Of a stretch of 64,000 nucleotides of DNA, positions 25,975 to 40,419 are shown piece by piece. The stretch lies in NCBI GenBank assembly GCA_002633005.1, contig NMRA01000615.1, positions 1 through 64,000 on the forward strand. The letters run 5' to 3'. A program made the position numbers and the translations under genes. A model generated the notes under the pieces. The model was not told where the DNA came from and did not search any database. It saw only the letters and a list, made by a program, of their open reading frames with translations. Source of the DNA: Phoronis australis. Lineage: Eukaryota; Animalia; Phoronida. Position 1 is the first letter of the stretch, and every line of letters begins with the position of its first letter.

Positions 25975-27969
25975 GTAAGTTGCTAGACTTGCTATGATAT
26001 CTTCTAACTACATTTATTTACCAATGGATCATTCGCAACACATCCGCTATTTTCATTTCTCCCAAATTAGCCCTCGAAGGTGTACTGTATTACGTCTGTA
26101 CATGCTCTTTGTTGTAAATGTGCATGCCCGACACATAGGAAACCATGGCTTCAACTAGTTTTCAACCAGTAGTGCCCATATGTGCTGGTTTTGCTTGACA
26201 CTTGATATTTAGGACAATCATGGGGGTCTTGAACGTTTCTATTTATTACGCTTGGTGCATCTTGCGACATCTTTCCAGTGCTCAAATTTATTTTGAGAGG
26301 GTAGTAACGGCTGTTTAAGGGAGTTAGGCTTCTCACCAACTGAAACCAGTACGCACAACAGGGGAGTGGGGGTGTTGATTAGAAACCGACATTGGGGTTC
26401 GCGATTACCTCTCATATGTTTCTATCAGAATTTGACAAAGTGAGACAACATACTAAACACTGCTCTTTAGTGTTGTGAGCGCACAAAAAGAGTACTTTGC
26501 TTGACATGTTTTCCAACTTTGGTGTGAGACGTTAGGCAGTTTTGTGTGAAGACCACGGAACGCTTTCCATCAACTTCCGTGACAATTCAGTGACAAGAAC
26601 GGTATTTCATCATGATGTCCGTCGCCACTATGTAGCTATTGGTAACAGTGCCTACTTTAAAAATAAATTATATTCATTTCAAATGTGACCAGCTCGCAAG
26701 TCAACTAACCAAAAGTACTAATTTCCCACTCTCGTCTTTCCGATCAAGACAAGCTCGTCCTCTCAATTAGTGGACATATAGTTTTGACATGTCAATGAAG
26801 CTAGAATATCAGCCGGCGCTGGAGAAAGTAACCTCTGCGATTGTCCAGCGATTGTCCATCAATTTGGGTCACATACATTTGTTTTGACTTCGCTTGCTTT
26901 CGATGATCTTGAATCATCTTCAGTGCAGAAGTTCGGACAACGAACAAGGAAAGGTGTTTGCGAGTTCTAAAAGCACGTGGTGGACCTCATGATTAGCTCA
27001 ATAAACACTTTGGAACGCAGAATTAACGAGCCAAGTGTGAAATTCATTCATTTGCCCAACGTACCCTAGTACTATCTTATCAAATACATGCTGAACATAT
27101 GTCGGTGACAGTACATGTACAGGTGGCTTACGAAACATGACCTCGCCGAAAAAAACCTTGTGGTCTGACTCATAGGAACAGGACCACCCTAGTACTCTAA
27201 GCATAGTGAACAAGAGCACCATTAGTCACCAAAACAAAGCAAAATATCTGGGATATCTAAACGCATGAAGAAAGTTTCGCACAAACTGTGCTATAATACC
27301 CTAACCCTATTGACACCTGTTACTAGGGTAACTCGTAGGGTCACTGAAAATTTAGGACAGTGAAAAACGATCACGGAAGCTACATGTACATGTATATGTA
27401 AGTGCTTGAATCGATCTAACGCCTGAATAAAAATTTGATGAACATTTTTTAAAATTTTATGTCACTGAATTAGTAACCCACAAATGGTCTTAAATCGTTG
27501 CATCGTGGATATTCTGCTGCTCCTGAGAGCTGTAGCCGGTATAGTTACCCCCAAATGGCTTTGGAAATGTTTGACGCCATACCGGAAGTCATATATCGTG
27601 GAAAACTCAAAGAAAGGCAGCTGTTATAGTAGGTTTGTTGTCTCCTTTCGTTGTATTGGTTTGCACTTATGGGACGTCGTTATGGTAACTGTAGTGGGTG
27701 TGATTGTCGGAACTATCCACATCTCTTGAATTCGTCGGATCTGTACACTTTTCGTATTTTACTCAAACAGATGATAGCAGACGTGTTGTGGTGATTCAGG
27801 CAGACGTCCTCGAGCAGTGTATTATCATGGACAAGTAGCTTATTCACGCTACCTTTGATACTTCTTTTGTAAACTTGAATACCACCCAGTTTGTGTGGCC
27901 AAGTTCTGCTCAAAACATGCTCCTATGTCTCTTTGAACAAACTGAAATCCGTTCATCTATATTTCTCAG

Positions 27970-28529
27970 GTTTATCATATTTCTCAACACACGTCCAAGG
28001 GGTCATACAGGATTTATTCGAAGCTGTCAATAGCCGTGATATTATCTAACTCGTGGTGGACGATGGGAGACTCTTTCAAGTACGGGCACATGGTTGAGAT
28101 GATACCCCCGCTCAGACACCTTGGTCACAGGGCACACGTCAGCGAATTTACCTGGTACGTGTTTGCGCCGGAATCCGGTGGTGCTGTTGAAAATGGCGAC
28201 GGAACAAATAAAAAACAGTTCCATTCGTCGATTGTTCAATCATCCGGCAGTGGTGACTTCGAAACGAATATTAAAGCTACGGACGAAAACAGCCAGCCGA
28301 AACAGGTGCTGGTAATGGCAATCTGCTGTAATGAGGAAACGAAGAGCAGGCCCACACTTCTGTATGTGCCCGCTGTAGAACAATACATGAACTATTATTT
28401 GTTCATCATTCCCACATCGCCAGCCAGTCTGAAGCGAAGACATGATGCGACTCCTCTACCTTACACGAACCGCGTGATTGTATTCGGTGAAAACATTGAT
28501 TGGACAGGACTTCATTTTGATTCAAACTT
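27970..28529 (+). CDS. Copy B exon 5
   Basis: Acceptor tttctcAG (phase 0), donor TT|GTATGT (phase 2). Encodes VYHISQH...GHMVEMIPP...LLYVPAVEQYMNYYLF. Paralogous to 53019-53575. Confidence 0.88.
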
Positions 28530-30964
28530 GTATGTATTATTGTTTCTTCTTACAATTAATCCCAAATCACTCAGTGAGGAGTACCTGGCGAAAATTTCGC
28601 CAAAGACAAAAAGAAATTCTGTTTGCAGATGTGAAAAATAAAACACAGTGTTTCCGTGTAAACGATGAAAGCAGTCATTGAGCCTTGCAACGACTCCTTC
28701 CTGTAATTCCGTGACATGATTGTAGAACGTTATGTGCTGATTCAAATAACACTGAGTGGCCAATGGCGACTGTCTTAATTTTGCAAAATACAACATGGCC
28801 GACAAAATGTCATGTGATGAGTACATAAATTTCAACATAACTTTTGATAAATATGCTAAAAGGAATTTCAAGGTTTTCAATGCAAAGCAATCCGATTCTA
28901 GGGTTTATTTGTCATTTGAAAGTGTGTAGAATGTCCGAAATTCAAATAAGGTCACAAACTCAATGTCAGCGGGTGTGTATGCGGCATGTATACATGTATA
29001 TGAATGCATGGATAACCAGATCTAATGATGGATTAAAGCTTCAGGGAAAACCCCCATCGTTTAACTTTAACACAAACGAGCACAACAAAACAGACGTGAG
29101 TGTTGCTTTACCCTCCTTCCCAATTCGTTATCATCTTCAGTAGAACCAAGAGATGTCACTACTAGAACAGAACACTGTACAAGACAGCAAAGAACCGCGT
29201 ATCCCGTGTTTGCTTAGTTACTCAGCAGCACAATAGCATAATATGGAAAATTAAAGCATACCTTCTGGGATCTCCGACTACTCCATCCTTCTCGTTCTTA
29301 GGAATGAGATGTTTGTTGATCTCTTCTATTTCCTATCGTCATTTTGATGGATTGGGAGAAGAATAATTTCCAACCCCAGCAAAGCACCATTGAAAATCTT
29401 TATAGTGTGCTCCGGGCACGTTTTCTTCGGAGGATTCGTGCTTCGCGTTGAGGACTGTACAGAGCTTAGTTTTTAATACCTACTTTCAGTATCATAACCA
29501 TTGACGTGTATCTGTCATGAACGAACATACATGTAGGAATTGTTATACTACAGAAACACTCATAAATGTGGTAACTTGCATCGAAATATTCATGAAGTCT
29601 GCCGCAGTTCCAATTGTTCCAGTTGTTCTGAGCACAACCAACTGCTGTCGCTTTGTCAATTTCGTACATGTATGTTGTTCAATCTGCGCCACCGCCGCCT
29701 AGAGCGTAAATTGTCAAAGTTTGGCAAGATATGTCTTCGTATCTGAGAGATGTATCCTTTATATCTTTACAACAAGGATTTTTTCAAATTGGAGATTGCA
29801 TCACCATGAAGGTCTGGATCTTATCTTTTGAATAGTGCTACGACTGCAAAACCAAGACATCGGAGTTTTCGTACATGTGTAATGTCAAAACCACGATCTT
29901 CTTTCGCCAGATGAGTGACTTGGGCAAAAGATGTAACTCAGATCTAAAGTGCACAATCCTCCTCCAGGAGAAAGTGGGACAGTGCCACAGACAGTGGATG
30001 GCCAAGTCTTTCTCAAATGGCTACAAGACCACTTTTCGAAGTGTCTCCCAGATCAAAATAAATGAGTCACACATGGATGTAACTGTGGTACGTGTATAAT
30101 TGGCAAAAAATACAACATTGCGATTCTAACTCTGGTAGACCACACGTCACACAAACATATACTACAGCCACTTGATGTTGAGTGTTGTAGACCAATGGAA
30201 GCGGTGTAAAATAATTTGTGCCACGAAACGATGAAAGGTACCAGGGCCGATCTTTGTTCCATGGCAAGCAAAGTCTACACTGAAAGTCTTCAATACGGTT
30301 TCCGAAAATCCGGAAAATACCCGTTGGGCAACACCGTTGTTTCCCCTAAAAGGATTACTTCATCCACCGCATTCTTGTCGACTGATGGCGGAAGTGAGGT
30401 TGAAAATGAGGCAGACAGAAGTGAAGAGATCATTGTCAAGTGACCAAGTCCGTTCAAGCAGTTGTGCGAGTTTGTCTTGTAAGGAGCTGACGGAGAAATT
30501 AAAAATGGTGAAAAAGAAGAGAACACAACAAAGGCACAGGTGACAAAAAGGCACACCAGGCGAAAAGAAACATGTGATAAAAAATCAAAGGTGACAACAA
30601 AGGCATGTTGAGAGAATAACAGCAACAAAAGTCAAGTTTAGAAACCGCGAAATGATAATGAATCAGATCCGTTAGGATTAAAGCCATCACACGGTTCACA
30701 GTTCAAAAGTGACGACGGCGAGGACCCTTATGCAGGGCATGGGGACAGTTGCTGCGTCAGTAACAAATTGTCACCACCGCAGCTACGGCAATGTTCGTCT
30801 CTATTGACCATTAATTGGCAAAAATGTGAATTCATGGACTAGAGTCACAGGACTCATCCAAGGTTTTGCTGCAAAGTGACAGCACTAAGACGACACGACA
30901 GATTTTGCTACCCCTGTCGTAGCGTGTCATGCCGTCAAAGCCGGCGCCAAGAAGAGTAACGAGT

Positions 30965-31934
30965 CAGGCCCGTAGTCAGGGGGGGGGGTTCGGAGGGTTC
31001 GTTCGAACGAACCCTCCGAACCCCCCCACCCCTCTGCAGAAAAGGTTCAGCTCCAGCCTATCCGCTAAAGATAATGATACTGATGGACAACAACGACAAA
31101 ATTATTCCAGCTACTAGAACAACTAAATACATCGGTAACTAAGTTAGTAATAAATTTTAACTTGCTTCCGATTCAAAATGCTTCACGTAATCAGCAGGCC
31201 GTATCTAGCCAAGTTCACCCGTTTGGTGTTCGCGCAGATGACAGGATTGCGCAGACGATTAGAGAAGGCTTTATGTTTTTCATCGGCATTGATCGCAAGT
31301 GATGGCTACATAGCCTAACAAGGGAGTCTAGAAGTAAATCAGTGTCTACACATGTACAGTACCTAGCTAGGCTAAATAGCAGGGAGAGTGATCCCAAAAA
31401 GTAGTGCGGTGTGAATGCTTTAATATTGACTTGCTAGCGTAATACGGTNTTAGATATTTCCTGAGTAATGAACATTCAGAATAGCGAACCTTCAGAATAG
31501 TGGGCTGTTCCCATTTCCATCGATATAAGCAACTTAGTAACACGCAAAATACAACCAGGTAAAAAATCTCAAGTCATTCTCGGACTAAATATTTCCGTCC
31601 GAGTCTGTATTGAGATGTAATCACTCATTTAATCACGCCTTATTTGAAAGTTTGGCAGGGGGTAACGCTAGAACGTTCTCTTTCTGGACCACATTATATC
31701 CGAATTTGACCCCCGTTCTTTGCGAGCAACCGTAACGGAATCCTCATTTCTGGTATTACACTGTACGAATTCCGTCTCATCTCAGGAACAAAGACCTGAG
31801 GGTCATCGTTGTGTATGGAGATTTCCCTTCCCTCTTTTTAAGCTGCGTCAAGGGCCCTGCAGAAAACTCTACAGTGTCGTCGTTTCAGAAAGTCGAACCA
31901 CCCCCTGCGCAATGCTGGCTACGTGACTTGCCTG
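30965..31934. mobile_element. hAT-like non-autonomous element with 5-bp TSD
   Basis: CAGGCCCGTAGTCAGG...GGCTACGTGACTTGCCTG, flanked by CGAGT on both sides. Confidence 0.65.
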
Positions 31935-32894
31935 CGAGTGATACCTAGGATCGGCTGTGCTCAACGTGTTGAAAATTTAACCAGTTTAATGATTGTTGTA
32001 GTTTTGAATTTAAATCCCACTTAAAAATTTCATATTTTTAATAAATATCTAGTAAGCTAGGAGTGGTTCTCCATCCCTGGCATATATAAAACTGCTCCGC
32101 AACCTGGGTTTAACGATCGATCAGCGCATGCGCACGATTGAATCTGGCGACTGCCCCACGTACACTGTACACCTGTGAACTACTAGGTGCTGTCATACTA
32201 TCATTAATGAAGCACGACTTATAGGAAGTACATTCCTCCGACACAGCTTACGTAACTGTGACAATTTGGAACGTTGTGCAAATTTGGGCCTGTGGTATGG
32301 TACACAAAAAACGGTTGCGGAAACTTAGGCAAATTGTTACAACATGGGCTTGCAGCGCTGACCGAAGTTGTCACAATTTTGAAGTTGTGACAATTTGGTA
32401 CGATGTGACAATTCGGGTATGTACACCGCACTGAACTTACATGTAAACGATACCTTTCAAAGAGGAAGGCGGGACGTGATGTTACAAAAACGAAACGGGT
32501 CCTCTCAAGGACGCTTGCTGGCCATTATTTTCTTGGGTTCGATTTGCCTCTTTGATACGGCCTGTTTTCACGAGTCATTTTGTATTCGCTATTCATTCGT
32601 AAACTTGCCATAACCAGAGCACGTTCAAGCCATAAATGCACGGGATACGCAAAACGATCGTTTTTGCAACGAGTTGCATGTGCAGTCGGTACTTAAAATT
32701 AGTGTAAACAGAGGATGCTTTTTGTTGCAATGGCAAAAGCATGACTGGCTTGGAATTACACGTTAGCCACTACTGATCTCGGTTATGGCTGTTGAAATTC
32801 ACAACTAAGGCCAACGAGCCAGTGTAGGGTGGTGATCAAAACAAAATTTTCACTACACTAGAATACGTTATAACATCGTCTTCACATGATCTAG

Positions 32895-33256
32895 ATTCAA
32901 AGACTCCGATGTAAAGCGGGAGAAACATCTGACATACGGTGTGATAGATAACGTAGACGCTGGTGCTCACGAACTTACACATGTAGAACCTAATATCAAC
33001 TTTGGCGTCGTAGTTACTGGCGTAAACGCACGTGGCGACGGTTATGCCTTTCCAGCTGGGTTGCGATTGAGACAGTTACTCCAAGCGTGCAAGGCGATAC
33101 CGAGCCACGCTGCCGGAGATGGAGCCGATAACGACTGCGACGGTGCAATAGACGAGGAACTCCACAACAGTTTGGATGACGACAACGACGGGAATGTAGA
33201 CGAAGATTTGGCGGACGAAGTCAGGTCCTATGTCAGGAGCGCGTGGGAAAGTACTG
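32895..33256 (+). CDS. Copy B exon 6 (domain end plus acidic DNDCDG motif)
   Basis: Acceptor atctAG (phase 2), donor G|GTAAGG (phase 1). Encodes FKDSDV...FGVVVTG...GYAFPAGL...GDGADNDCDGAIDEELHNSLDDDNDGNVDEDLAD. Confidence 0.9.
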
Positions 33257-33855
33257 GTAAGGATATCCGTTTGTAGTTACTAGTGTGATAGAGATAACGC
33301 GATGGTGGCTTATCATGTCCCGCTGCTAGACAACACATTGCATGTGGAAGCCGAAAACGCACTTACCACTTAGATGTGGACGCGTGGCTCTGTTCTGGTA
33401 AACGACCACTTTGATACGCATGCCAAAGCACAATCTACCGAAATTCCACTCTGCCACTGTTCTGTTGTCATACTTATGCTTTCCCGACGTAAAGTTGGAA
33501 ATATGGTGCGGAGTGTCAAATGCGGTGCCTGTACAATCTTTAATTTGGAGTCTGCCACTCATTATTCATTCTTGAATGTCGATGGTTTCCAATTAAAATA
33601 TCACTTTGATAGCAATATTCGTCCAACGTTACGTAATAATTCTGCCTATTAATTTATTTGATTTACAATTATTGCCAGGTAAGGCAATTTTGTTAGATTA
33701 CATGTATTTTTTTCTAATTTCAATTACTCTTATTTAGATGATAGAAAAGTCATTCTACCCTAGCGTTAAAAGTCGATTCTGGGATCACCAAATCTGATCT
33801 TCAAAAAATGTTTTTTGCTCCAGTTAAATTAAGTAACTAAATTCGTTTTGAACGG

Positions 33856-34032
33856 TAGCGGCATTCACTCTGCAGACGAACCACTGACGTCGCTGCGTCG
33901 CTTTTCACTTTCCTCACAGGTTAACGCGACACCTCTCGGCAAGGTGAGGTCGACGGTATCAGAGGCGAAGTCGATACATACCGATTAAGACAGTAAAAAA
34001 GACTAATTAAATCGGGTGGCATTCTCTTTTAA
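33856..34032 (+). mobile_element. Solo right-end fragment of the Kolobok-like element at 40420-42090
   Basis: Closely matches ~41917-42094 (tagcggcattcactctgca...gggtggcattctc.tttaa). Confidence 0.8.
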
Positions 34033-34788
34033 GTCTTATAAAATTTACTAAAATTTAAGATTTGTCCCAGCTAAGTAAGTTTTGTATGAACGGGCCCCTG
34101 GACACTGCTAATGCAATAGATTTGCATACATTGATTCCTAGAAACACTTATGGGTGTTTTTTTCACAACCAGTAGCACAATTTTGACAATTAAAAAGGGT
34201 TGTCATGGTAATTTCATGCAGATGAACCTGTCGCTTTCTACTTTAACACCATAAACCGTGCATGAATAGCACGCTACACAAAGAATTAAGAAAAGCTAAG
34301 ACTTTCGGTTTTACCAGAAAGTGACAAAAGTTCTACCAGTTTTGTGATTAGCATTACTTTAAAAGTCCAATAAAGAGTTGTCATGACTGAAGATATGTAC
34401 ACGTACATGTATATTCATCGCAAGCACTCAAAGCCGGTGGTATTGATTGCTATACAGGGTTCACAACGCTTTTGTGGGTAGAAGCGATTCGTTCTATGGT
34501 TTGATTCTCGGAGCAAAGATTGGATTGCCGAAATGTTTTGATCCTATAATTAAAAAGCGTATTATGTTCATCAGATGTACATGAATGTGATACAGTTTTG
34601 AATGACAGCTGCAGCAAATAAGTTCCTGGCATAGCCAGGCCTTTTCGTTGCACTTGTAGTTTAGCTTATAGTAATACCACTCATTTTCTGCGTTACATGT
34701 ATATATTAAGCCAGCTGCACGTATGTAGAAAAAATTAAAAATGGCAAAACATTCATGAAAAAGATTGAAATAATTTGGAACACATTTT

Positions 34789-34838
34789 ACTATTTTATGA
34801 TTGTGAAGTCTTAAAAGACTTCACAATCATAAAATAGT
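34789..34838. repeat. Perfect hairpin with 24-bp arms and a 2-nt loop
   Basis: actattttatgattgtgaagtctt-aa-aagacttcacaatcataaaatagt. Confidence 0.9.
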
Positions 34839-37800
34839 GGCTATAATAATAATAGTAATGATAATGATAACGATAATAATAATACCTTTGTCTTTCAATT
34901 TTAGAACTTATTTGGACATTTGGCAAAAACGTCGTGCTGTAACATAATTTTACGTTTAGGTAAAAAAATGGTCATACAACCTCTAACGTATACATGTATA
35001 CAGTCTCTGGTTCACTAATTCCCCAATATAATAAACTCAAAATGGGTAATAGGTAAAAACAGCTAGCTCGATATTAGTTTTGCTGAGTTCCCATAGACTG
35101 TATATTTGCCATACCAGTATTGTGCACTACAGTGTGCTTACTATGAATTCCAGCTAATAAAATTCGATTAGAAAGTCAAACAATTTAAAATTTCTAATGA
35201 AGCACATTATTTTGACTGAAAGGCAAAAATGCTTGCAATTTAAACTTAAAACCCTAGTATTTGTCTTATTCCCAATTTAATTGAACTGGCTTAGCCAGTA
35301 ATCACTTAATTAATTTGGACTGTATGAGGAGTATAGGCAACCGACTGGCAGAAAATACTTAAAATATTAACTGGCAATATATCTCAGAGTCTGTGTGGCC
35401 TTAAATTCCGATTCAAGCCCGTTGCCATGTATCAGAGATCCTGTAATGACATGACCCTTACATGTATACAGGATTTTGCTGTAATTTTTTGTCTTCACTG
35501 TCATTATCCACTGTTACGAAACGTCACTAGATTGTTACTTGAATCTCCAGGAAATGTGCAGTGTTTTACGCAGCCTTTAGCGTTATAAAAACCCAATCTC
35601 TTTTCAGCTCAGTACATCCAAATGACTACACAACTCCCTTGAGATGGCGTTAGTGGTGTGGTCAACATGCTTACAGTTGATCATTGACAACTGATGTTTT
35701 ACATAAAGATAAACACCTGATTTCAACAATCATTAATTCCCCTTGGCAAATTGCATAATGTACGTCTTTCTTGTTTCTTATAAACTGGTTCATTTGCTCC
35801 TTGTGATTGACACAACCAATTAAGCGTCTGGAATTATTGGTTTCATGGTTTGTTTGGCAGGACAAAAAGGTAGAATAGAGAAAACTGAAATGGTACAGAA
35901 TTATTCACAACGAGGTTGCAAAATGTTTCACGTTAAATATTTTATATCTAAATCTGTTCGTATACAGGTTCCACAGATTAATTTCAACCAACGATGTTTT
36001 GGAAAGAACTGCCGCTACAACATCATTTATTTTGTGGTTAATAATATAACTTCTTACAGTTTGGAGGTGTTTTTTACAATACACGCTTACAGAAAATGTC
36101 AAATTCATCTTTGTCTGGGGTGCTTGCTTACTTTTACCCAATCCGATATACTGACAAGGATGAAGAATTTCAATATTAATTTAATCAAACTCCTATAGCA
36201 ACAAGATAGCTGTTAATGAAGCAGCAGTATATTGCAAGGGTTAACATAGCAAGGCCGTTACTAATGTTTATGATTTGCTTGACTCCAACGGATTTTTTAT
36301 TTCCTACGCATCATTTTGTCGTATGGATTTTCTCCATCTTTTACGGTAAAGTCGCGTGATTTTCGGACACTGAAAATTAATTCCAATAGAAAAAATTCAT
36401 TCTTGGACGAATCTCGCGAAACATCATTTTTGTGGTGTCCGAATTTGGCGGACCTCCACTAATTTGGATTTCCGCGCTACTGTCCGAATTTCGTGGAACG
36501 AATTTTTGTAAGCCTTCCAAATTTCCCAAAAGCATTAGCAAACGTTGTGAATAAACTTTTTTTATCCTTTTAATTGAATGCATTTGAAAATAGCACGGCG
36601 GGCTGAAGTATGAATAACAAATTAATTGTTTCATCTGGATGGTGGCGGGAAGCTTATGTTTGCTTCCTAAATTTTACTAATAATTCGAGATTTAAGTGGT
36701 TTCAGATAAATTTTCTTCATCAAGTTGTCGCCATAAACAACTCCCTGGTCCAAATTTGTACCCACAAATCCGATCTCCGCACGTTTTGTAAAAAGAGACA
36801 AAGAATGTATTGTGTTTACTGAGATGTAACGTAAAGTTTTGGTCTGCTATAATTCAACGATTATTGTGAAAAAATGCGCAAAATCATACTAAACAGATTT
36901 ATACATGTACTGTACGTTAGTTAAGATCGTAAAGCAACGACTGATTTACAATTTTTAGGTAAATCTATCTTGTCCCATTAAGCTTAAAACGCAATACATG
37001 GCAAGTACTCACTCAGCCCACGTGTGGCCTTTTGTCGCCGGTTGCACGAATCCAATCTCTACAAGGACTTAAAAATAAATTCCTTAAATGTCAAAGCCAT
37101 TTGTATTGATTGCCCTATGTTCTACTGTGTCGTGTTTTACCCTTTGGGTAGGTGGGCGCATGTTGTCATCGGCCGATGTTAATAGCCTTTAGTGCTATGT
37201 TATACTGAAGACTAGTTCCAGTTAATGCCTTTATTAATCTGAATCTTACGTGTATGTTCACAAGTCGACTCGAATTTCACGTCCAACGCAATGTCTGTTC
37301 TAAGCTCCAGTCAGTCCTGCGAAAACTTAACCAGAGATGAACTCCTTAGGCTTTTCTAGCAATTGTAATACTCATTGTTCTATTAATCTGCTGCCTCCAT
37401 GGTTGGCTCATTATGTAACTGGAACTCAAGTGTAACTTTAACAGTATCTTGATATTCAACTTTACCCAACTAACTCCCAATAACCCATGCTCTGGTACAG
37501 TGACTTACAATGTTCAGAAACTTTTCACCAGTCAAACTTGAAATTTACCCAATTATTTTGCAAACATATACTCGGAATGCTTCAGACTATGACTCTATGC
37601 TAAATACTAAATCACTGGAATCTACTAGAATGTTCTCAACGATGCCACTGTAAGAAAATTACATCATCTACTGTATGTCTGATATATTATTTTGATTTCG
37701 TTACAACGTCGACGTTTCAGTTTAGATGCATGCCAAGGGAAAACCATTCGCTGAATGTTAAATATTGTTAGTAGGTGCCTTGTGAGAAAGTATCCAAATG

Positions 37801-38858
37801 CGTTTTAAATGTAGGAAACGTACTTCAGTCTGTATTGGGTCACTGATGTTCAAAGTGATGGGCTGTTTTTTAACACCCAACGGAATATATTCTTCAAGAG
37901 GACCATTAAACGATATGGCTAGCTGACAAGTTGTATAACTGAACCATTTAAACAAGTGACTTAATTCAGGTCGAAAACTGCATTTCAACATTGTGTAACT
38001 GTTTAAACAATAAAATCGTATAAGTCGTGTTAGCCTTGTAAAATAGGCTTCAATAAGTCCTATACAAGCGCCTAGAGGAATTGTATCTGGGTTAAATAAA
38101 TACAAAGACATCTATATACAAGTGCTATACACAAATACATAAATTAAAAAACTGATGTTACGATTACAATGTCACATGGTTACGAATATAAATAAATCAT
38201 TTTCATACACAATAAATTATTTTACATGTATACAATTATATCCACTCACTGAAAGAGATTTAATGTTAAAAAGAAATTTTTGATACTATTTCGACTAAAA
38301 CCTGATTTTCTTTTGGGTTGAGTTCTTTACATCCATATAGAAAAAAATTGTGGTACATTTGAGGAATATCAGAATGGAAGAATGAAAGGTCAAATTCAAT
38401 ATTTGTACTTAAACCAGGCAGCTAAACAGCTTTAACCAATACTCTGAGTTGTTTTTGTACTGCAGGGCTGGACGGTGGATAACCTATCACGTTACCATAC
38501 AGTGTACATGTATAAGTAATAATTGTTAGTCTTCATACACGCCATATCGTCACACGTCACATCACATGTTCCATACTTAAGTCTGAAAAGATCTATATCC
38601 TAACAGGGACCTTCTGCTAGCCCAGCAACACTATTACGTCACCAAACTGTTTTCCTGTCATTTCCTTCTAGGTTACTGAAAGCGTGTTTAGATCTAATTC
38701 TTTTTCCGGATATGACGTTAACATGTATTTGAATGAAGCGGTCGCTATCGCACGAGTGAGTTCCCAGAATTTCGTTGTAGGTCAAGTTTGAAAAACGTGA
38801 GCATTTACAATGTTAAAAGATCTAAGAGCACCCCTTCACATCTTGTTTAATCTTTCAG

Positions 38859-39376
38859 GGGCGTTTTTGTTAAATGAGGAGCACGCAGTTGCAAGGAATC
38901 AGTTGTACACAATGCTGCCCGTTGTCCTATGTGTCACCGCTTTGGCCATCGTTATTCTGGCTTCTCTTATGAAGCGAGAAAAGGCTACTGTGAAACGTGT
39001 ATTAAACCGGGTGCGTCGTGTTCCAACTCCAGTGAGGACGGAACAACTGGAAACAGCGACGGCGATAGCAGATAACAACTCTACAAGCCTTGTTTTAGAA
39101 CAGCAGAATGGAAAATCTGCTTCAGATATTGAATCAACTGAGAAACCAGGAACAGGGACGGAGTTACCCAATAAGGATTCCGTCCCCGACCAAGTCGTTG
39201 CGAATGTTTTGGACATTGATGAGGAGTCACAAAGTGGAATTACTGCACGCACCTCGACTGACGGTGGAAGTGGCTTGGGCTTAGAAGACGTCAGCGAAGA
39301 TGCTTCAAATTTGGAGACTGATCGAGACGAATCAAGTGACGTTTCAGGGGACGTTACGGAACAGACGGAAAATTAA
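38859..39376 (+). CDS. Copy B terminal exon: transmembrane helix plus acidic tail
   Basis: Acceptor tctttcAG in phase 1. Encodes LYTMLPVVLCVTALAIVILASLM followed by KREKATVKRVLNR. Homologous to 12237-12883. Confidence 0.85.
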
Positions 39377-40419
39377 CTTTCGTAACGGTATATTTCAGTA
39401 CGTCAATTTTCAATACGTAAAACGCACACGTTTTTCGTTTTGGACTATTGAATTAATGAATGGTTCATTGGTTCTCGTTTAGTTTTTCGGCTTTCAGAGA
39501 TTACAAGGGAAATTAAAACAAAGTCTGCCCTTTGAAAACAGAATTATCCCTGATGCCTGACGCATTAAGTGATTTAAAATATTGCCGCAAGAGGTCTATA
39601 ACTTGACATAAACCTATCAAACTACATCACGCCGTCAAGTACCTGAAATCCCAAAAAGCATTGATGACGGACCAGTGCCATCAGGTGTGCTCCTAAACAT
39701 TAAGGGTGTACAGTTCTGTATCTCTGACACGCTGTACGTGCTTTTAACTAGATCCCTCAGCCTATTTCTGAAACAATGTGTTGTTAAACGAAGACTGTTC
39801 GGTTGATCAAGAGCTTTGCATACAATACGCAGTCGGCTTTATGTGACAAACTTGATGCGTCGTGTACAGTATCTACATTTATTTCCCAAGAAGGAAAGAT
39901 TCATAGGAAAATGTTAGAGCTAATTATGGCTTTTATGCATTACACTGAGGGCCACACCAATGGGGCTATTCGGAAAAATCACATTAACCAAAGGGCGCAC
40001 GTATACTAGTGGTGATAGATGGACAGCATCGATTTCGCGAGCCCTTTAAATACATAGGGAAATGGCTTGCAGTTGTGCCAACTAAATCTGAGATTGCGTG
40101 AAAAGGAAGCTTCTATGAGAGGAAGTAAGCACACCCTAATACAAAAGTAAGGTTTGTGGTTATTTTAACGATTATTCTATGTTTATTCTACTGATGCCTG
40201 TTTACTAAGGTACTCGCCGATGTCGACTTCGCGGCAGTCGCCAGTCAGGTTAATCTTTGTTTGTTGTGATGTGTGTTACGATACTTGACGTAGCACTCGG
40301 GATCTTTTCGTGCATCGAAGCAGTATTATTGTTTGGAATGATATCTAACAGGTTAATCAGTGGCAGTTACATCAATCAATGCTGAATGTTTATGCTGTCA
40401 ACTCTGGTTAGTGAGTTAA

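Noticed and set aside
29150-30660. Possible decayed transposase on the minus strand
   Set aside because: There are only vague zinc-finger/hAT-like hints across broken frames. It cannot be supported without a search.
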